The translations under genes and the position numbers were made by a program. DNA of 32,525 nt, from the IMG/VR virus record IMGVR_UViG_651053023_000008. One strand, written 5' to 3'. Shown here piece after piece: positions 28,971 through 32,525 of this stretch. Source of the DNA: a virus. Taxonomy: Duplodnaviria > Heunggongvirae > Uroviricota > Caudoviricetes. Numbering within the stretch: position 1 is the first letter of the stretch; every line of letters starts with the position of its first letter. Below the pieces are notes generated by a model. It was not told where the DNA came from, made no database searches, and saw nothing but the letters and a program-made list of their open reading frames with translations.

Positions 28971-29410
28971 TGATGACTATTTATTTCAGCCCATCAACAA
29001 ACGGTTTTTATCATTCTGGCCTTCAGGGTGATTATGAAAATGCGGGAACGTGGCCGAATGATTTACAGGAAATCACGGATGAAGAATATCAGAGACTGTT
29101 ACAGGGCCAGACTGACGGTTTTATTATTGTATCTGGCGAAAACGGATATCCGGTATTAAAAGAACCCGTAATTAACTGGCAGCAGAAAGCGGAAACGCAA
29201 CGCCAGCACCTGCTGGCTGAAGCAAGGGAAATCACCTCCGACTGGAAAACCGAGCTGGAGCTGGGCACCATCAGCGACGATGATAAAGCCCGTCTTACGC
29301 AGTGGATGGCATATATCAAAGCGGTAAAGGCACTGGATTTAAGCACCGTTACTGACGAAGACTCCTTTTATTCCATCAACTGGCCGGAGCGTCCCGATGC
29401 CGCAGCTTAA
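28970..29410 (+). CDS. tail fibre assembly chaperone (Tfa-like)
   Basis: 146 aa immediately after the fibre gene; Tfa-like sequence. Confidence 0.7.
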   Translation: MMTIYFSPSTNGFYHSGLQGDYENAGTWPNDLQEITDEEYQRLLQGQTDGFIIVSGENGYPVLKEPVINWQQKAETQRQHLLAEAREITSDWKTELELGTISDDDKARLTQWMAYIKAVKALDLSTVTDEDSFYSINWPERPDAAA

Positions 29411-31004
29411 AGGTGTGATTAAAACGCCCACGGGAGAACCGCTGGGCGGCGCAACCATTACATTGACCTCCCTGCACAACCGCGCAGGGATTCTGAAAAG
29501 TGTTTTCAGCCATGTCACCACACAGAACGGGGAATATGACTTCCCCGTTCTGCCGGGTGTGTACAGCGTTCGCCTGACACAAAGCACACAGCGCCTTTCA
29601 GAAATCGGTGTCATCCGCGTTTATGAAGATTCAGCGGACGGTTCGTTGAATGATTTTCTGGGTGCAACCGATATTGACCTGCGCCCGGAAGCCCTGAAGA
29701 AATTCGAAGAGCTGGCGCAACAGGCGCAGCAAAGCGCAGAAGCCGCAGCGGAAAGCGAGCGACAGGCCGGGCAACATGTCGCTGATGCGCAGAAGATAAA
29801 GAAAGACTGTCAGACGCTGGCGGATAACGTACAGCAGAACGCAGAAGCCGTAGCGGCCAGCAAACAGCACGTTGAACAGCTGGCCTCAGAAGTTGAGCTG
29901 AACGCCGGGCAGGTGCAGCAGGGCGTGCAGAATGTTACTGATGCGGTAAAAAAGGCGCAGCAGGCAGCAAAGGATTCTGCTGACAGTGCCACAGATTCGA
30001 AAAACAGTGCTGACAATGCGGCACTGAGCGAACAGAACGCACAAAAACACGCGCAGAAAGCTGAACAACACGAGCAGCAGACTAAACAATATGCGCAGGA
30101 TGCAGCGACCGCCGCAGAATCAGCAGAGAACGCCAAAGGCGAAATTGACGAAATTCTGGAAGGTGGCTATCTCAAGATAAAAAACAACTTTCAGGAAATT
30201 GTTGATGCTGGCCCGTCAGCACTGGCTCAGGCCCAATGGAATTTACAGATTTCCGGGGTGAAAAATAAACAGGTAATTGCCACCCCTTATACATGGCCAT
30301 CCAGAACTGAGTATGAACAAAGGGTGCATCTGCCACTCGCCGGGGCTTACGGATTTGGCTACACATTTGAAGACCAAAGCCAGGGGCGAATAAATTTTAA
30401 TGAGGGCTATACGGCGTCGTGGTGGTCACAGTGGGCGAAACCTGGTCGTTATTACGTCAGCGCCAGTGATAAAGAATACCTCGCACCTGAAGGAGAAAGG
30501 TGGGGGATTGTTGATTTGCTGTGGCTTAATGGCAGCGGATATAACGATGCTTCGAAGGTTCTGAAGATACTGGCTTTTTACGACTCAGACGGGCACTTAC
30601 ACATAGGCAAGCGCGTTGGTCAGAGCGACTGGTCAATAAGCTGGCGCAAGCTGGCATCGCTCTCTGATGTCAGGGCCATGCTGTATTCATATATTTATAA
30701 TAATTACAACAGAGAATGGCGAGACCCGGAACTGGGAGGTTTAATTCTGGCGTCATACCAGGGAACCGCAGACGGCGACACAAATATAAAAGTATCCCGT
30801 GGTCAGACTTATCCCGGCTCGCGACTCGCTCCTGTGGCGATAGAATGCCAGTTCACCCCATCCGGCACGTATGCTGCAACACCGCGATTCTACATTACCG
30901 GCTGCAAGAGCAAATCACTCCCCGGAACTTATATTTCATTGTCTGGCGCGCCAACAACATACAGCGACCAGGCATTTGTTGCGCTATTCATGAGGATTGT
31001 ATGA
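29397..31004 (+). CDS. side tail fibre protein (lambda Stf-like N-terminus, coiled-coil shaft, C-terminal receptor-binding region)
   Basis: 535 aa; N-terminus parallels lambda Stf (..TITL......VYSV.L......IRVYEDS.DGSLNDFL); long Ala/Gln/Glu-rich helical shaft; AT-richer 3' third. Confidence 0.75.
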   Translation: MPQLKGVIKTPTGEPLGGATITLTSLHNRAGILKSVFSHVTTQNGEYDFPVLPGVYSVRLTQSTQRLSEIGVIRVYEDSADGSLNDFLGATDIDLRPEALKKFEELAQQAQQSAEAAAESERQAGQHVADAQKIKKDCQTLADNVQQNAEAVAASKQHVEQLASEVELNAGQVQQGVQNVTDAVKKAQQAAKDSADSATDSKNSADNAALSEQNAQKHAQKAEQHEQQTKQYAQDAATAAESAENAKGEIDEILEGGYLKIKNNFQEIVDAGPSALAQAQWNLQISGVKNKQVIATPYTWPSRTEYEQRVHLPLAGAYGFGYTFEDQSQGRINFNEGYTASWWSQWAKPGRYYVSASDKEYLAPEGERWGIVDLLWLNGSGYNDASKVLKILAFYDSDGHLHIGKRVGQSDWSISWRKLASLSDVRAMLYSYIYNNYNREWRDPELGGLILASYQGTADGDTNIKVSRGQTYPGSRLAPVAIECQFTPSGTYAATPRFYITGCKSKSLPGTYISLSGAPTTYSDQAFVALFMRIV

Positions 31005-31570
31005 TGCAGATTAAAGAAATCACCAGCCCCCGTTATACCGAATCCGGTGCGATTGACTGCGACGTTCTGTTTGAGGAAATGGAAGCCCCTGTTCCCTACA
31101 CTGCCACGCCGGACGATACAGCGAAAACCGGTCAGCAAATCTGGCAGGAACTGCAAAGCGGAAAATGGGGTGAAATAACCCCGTTTGCCGTCACGCCGGA
31201 ACTTATCGCAGCGGCGAAGGATGCCAAAAAACGGGAGATTGAGGCATGGCGCACAGAACAGGAGGCGCAGCCATTCACGTTCGAATGGAACGGTCGTACC
31301 TGGAATGCTGGTCCCGATTCGATGGCTCGCATTGCGCCCGTGGCAATGGCCGCAAAAGTGGCAGGTGCACGGGCAACGCTGGGGTGGGGGGATGCAGCAA
31401 ACAGCCTTGTCACCATGACAATGGCGCAGCTTCAGGAGCTGGCAGCAACAATGGCGCAGGCGCAAACCGAGCGCAATACTGTGATTTATCGTCGTCAGCG
31501 TGAGATGAAAGAGCAGCTTTCCCTGTTGACCACACTGAACGAAATAAGAGCATTCACACCCGGCGATTAA
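31001..31570 (+). CDS. tail fibre assembly protein or chaperone
   Basis: 189 aa; ATG overlaps the fibre stop. Confidence 0.55.
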   Translation: MMQIKEITSPRYTESGAIDCDVLFEEMEAPVPYTATPDDTAKTGQQIWQELQSGKWGEITPFAVTPELIAAAKDAKKREIEAWRTEQEAQPFTFEWNGRTWNAGPDSMARIAPVAMAAKVAGARATLGWGDAANSLVTMTMAQLQELAATMAQAQTERNTVIYRRQREMKEQLSLLTTLNEIRAFTPGD

Positions 31571-31693
31571 ATAATCATTTTGTATAGTTTATGACGATCG
31601 ATAACATCATATCGATCGTCGGTTTGCATCATATGTGATTAAATACCCCCAGCCCTCCGGGCGGTCATGTCTGGTTATTACACAGGGGGAATC
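31571..31693 (+). promoter_or_regulatory. com and mom promoter region with Dam GATC sites (31596-31599, 31614-31617) inside 7-bp inverted repeats
   Basis: GATCGAT ... ATCGATC arrangement directly upstream of com, consistent with the methylation-sensitive upstream region of the Mu mom operon. Confidence 0.55.
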
Positions 31694-31879
31694 ATGGACT
31701 CTGTTCGCTGTAAAAACTGCAATAAATTACTGTTTAAAGGAGGTTTTAAGCATATAGAAATTAAATGCCCTCGCTGTAAACGTTACATTGTCATATCGAA
31801 TGCCAAAGAGCATCCCACGGAGCTGTATTGTGGGAAAAGAGAAGAAATCACGCATTCTGACAAAACCCTGCGTTATTGA
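31694..31879 (+). CDS. com: Com zinc-finger translational activator of mom
   Basis: 61 aa from ATG 31694 (AGGGGGA ribosome-binding site); CKNC...x16...CPRC zinc finger; overlaps the mom start. Confidence 0.85.
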   Translation: MDSVRCKNCNKLLFKGGFKHIEIKCPRCKRYIVISNAKEHPTELYCGKREEITHSDKTLRY

Positions 31880-32525
31880 GTATGAAGGTCGTATTGTCGG
31901 CTATGGTTCAAAGGAGCTACGTGTTGAAACCATATCCTGCTGGCTGGCCCGCACAATCATTCAGACAAAACACTATTCCCGCCGTTTTGTGAATAACTCC
32001 TACCTGCATCTTGGCGTATTCAGCGGACGTGATCTGGTTGGCGTTCTTCAGTGGGGATATGCCCTTAACCCCAACTCAGGGCGTCGGGTCGTGCTTGAAA
32101 CGGATAACCGGGGCTATATGGAACTGAACCGCATGTGGCTACACGACGACATGCCCCGCAACTCTGAATCACGGGCTATCAGCTACGCGCTGAAAGTTAT
32201 CAGGTTACTGTATCCGTCAGTTGAGTGGGTTCAGTCTTTTGCAGACGAACGCTGCGGACGTGCTGGCGTGGTATATCAGGCGTCGAATTTTGATTTTATT
32301 GGTAGCCATGAAAGCACGTTCTACGAGCTGGACGGCGAGTGGTATCACGAGATAGCGATGAACGCGATTAAGCGCGGAGGGCAACGAGGCGAGTATTTGC
32401 GGGCTAATAAGGAGCGGGCCGTGGTACACAAATTTAATCAGTATCGCTACATCAGGTTCCTGAACAAGCGCGCAAAAAAGCGCCTAAACACCAAGCTATT
32501 CAGGATTCAGCCATACCCGAAGTGA
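31800..32525 (+). CDS. mom: Mom DNA modification protein
   Basis: ORF overlapping the 3' end of com and ending at the window edge; sequence matches Mu Mom as I recall it. Start uncertain (ATG 31800 or GTG 31830). Confidence 0.85.
   Translation: MPKSIPRSCIVGKEKKSRILTKPCVIEYEGRIVGYGSKELRVETISCWLARTIIQTKHYSRRFVNNSYLHLGVFSGRDLVGVLQWGYALNPNSGRRVVLETDNRGYMELNRMWLHDDMPRNSESRAISYALKVIRLLYPSVEWVQSFADERCGRAGVVYQASNFDFIGSHESTFYELDGEWYHEIAMNAIKRGGQRGEYLRANKERAVVHKFNQYRYIRFLNKRAKKRLNTKLFRIQPYPK

Larger units (their letters stand above)
1827..32525 (+). mobile_element. Mu/D108-family transposable prophage, left end to window edge (right end outside window)
   Basis: Starts with TGTATTGATTCACTTGAAGTACGAAAAAAACCGGG, which matches my recollection of the Mu left end. 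Mu-type gene order (c, ner, A, B ... com, mom). No integrase. Confidence 0.85.

Noticed and set aside
31667-31693. Upstream ATG as the com start
   Set aside because: No ribosome-binding site; ATG 31694 has a strong one and gives the expected 61-aa Com length.
1-32525. CRISPR arrays, tRNA or rRNA genes, integrase
   Set aside because: No spaced direct repeats with unique spacers, no cloverleaf-like or rRNA-like sequence and no tyrosine or serine recombinase ORF were seen; the element is a transposable phage, which does not need an integrase.

Overview
The window holds the 3' end of the host periplasmic trehalase gene treA (1-1698, minus strand), followed from position 1827 by the left end of a Mu/D108-family transposable prophage that runs to the end of the window (its right end is not included). 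Gene order is Mu-like: repressor c, ner, transposase A, ATPase B, an early accessory block including gam, a GemA-like gene and a Mor/C-family activator, a lysis cassette, terminase, portal, F, protease/scaffold I, major head T, tail and baseplate genes, tail fibres, then com and mom. All identifications are from reading the sequence and recalling protein families; no database search was run. Compared with my recollection of Mu, several things stand out: no invertible G segment or gin (two co-oriented fibre and chaperone modules instead), no second Mor/C-family activator, no G gene between F and I, and too little sequence between T and the tape measure for neck and sheath genes. At least four genes are split by one-base frameshifts at homopolymer runs, so the element is either a decaying prophage or the sequence carries homopolymer errors. 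There is also a conserved hairpin-terminator element repeated at two operon junctions and a lower-GC moron block in the early region. No CRISPR, tRNA, rRNA or integrase was seen.
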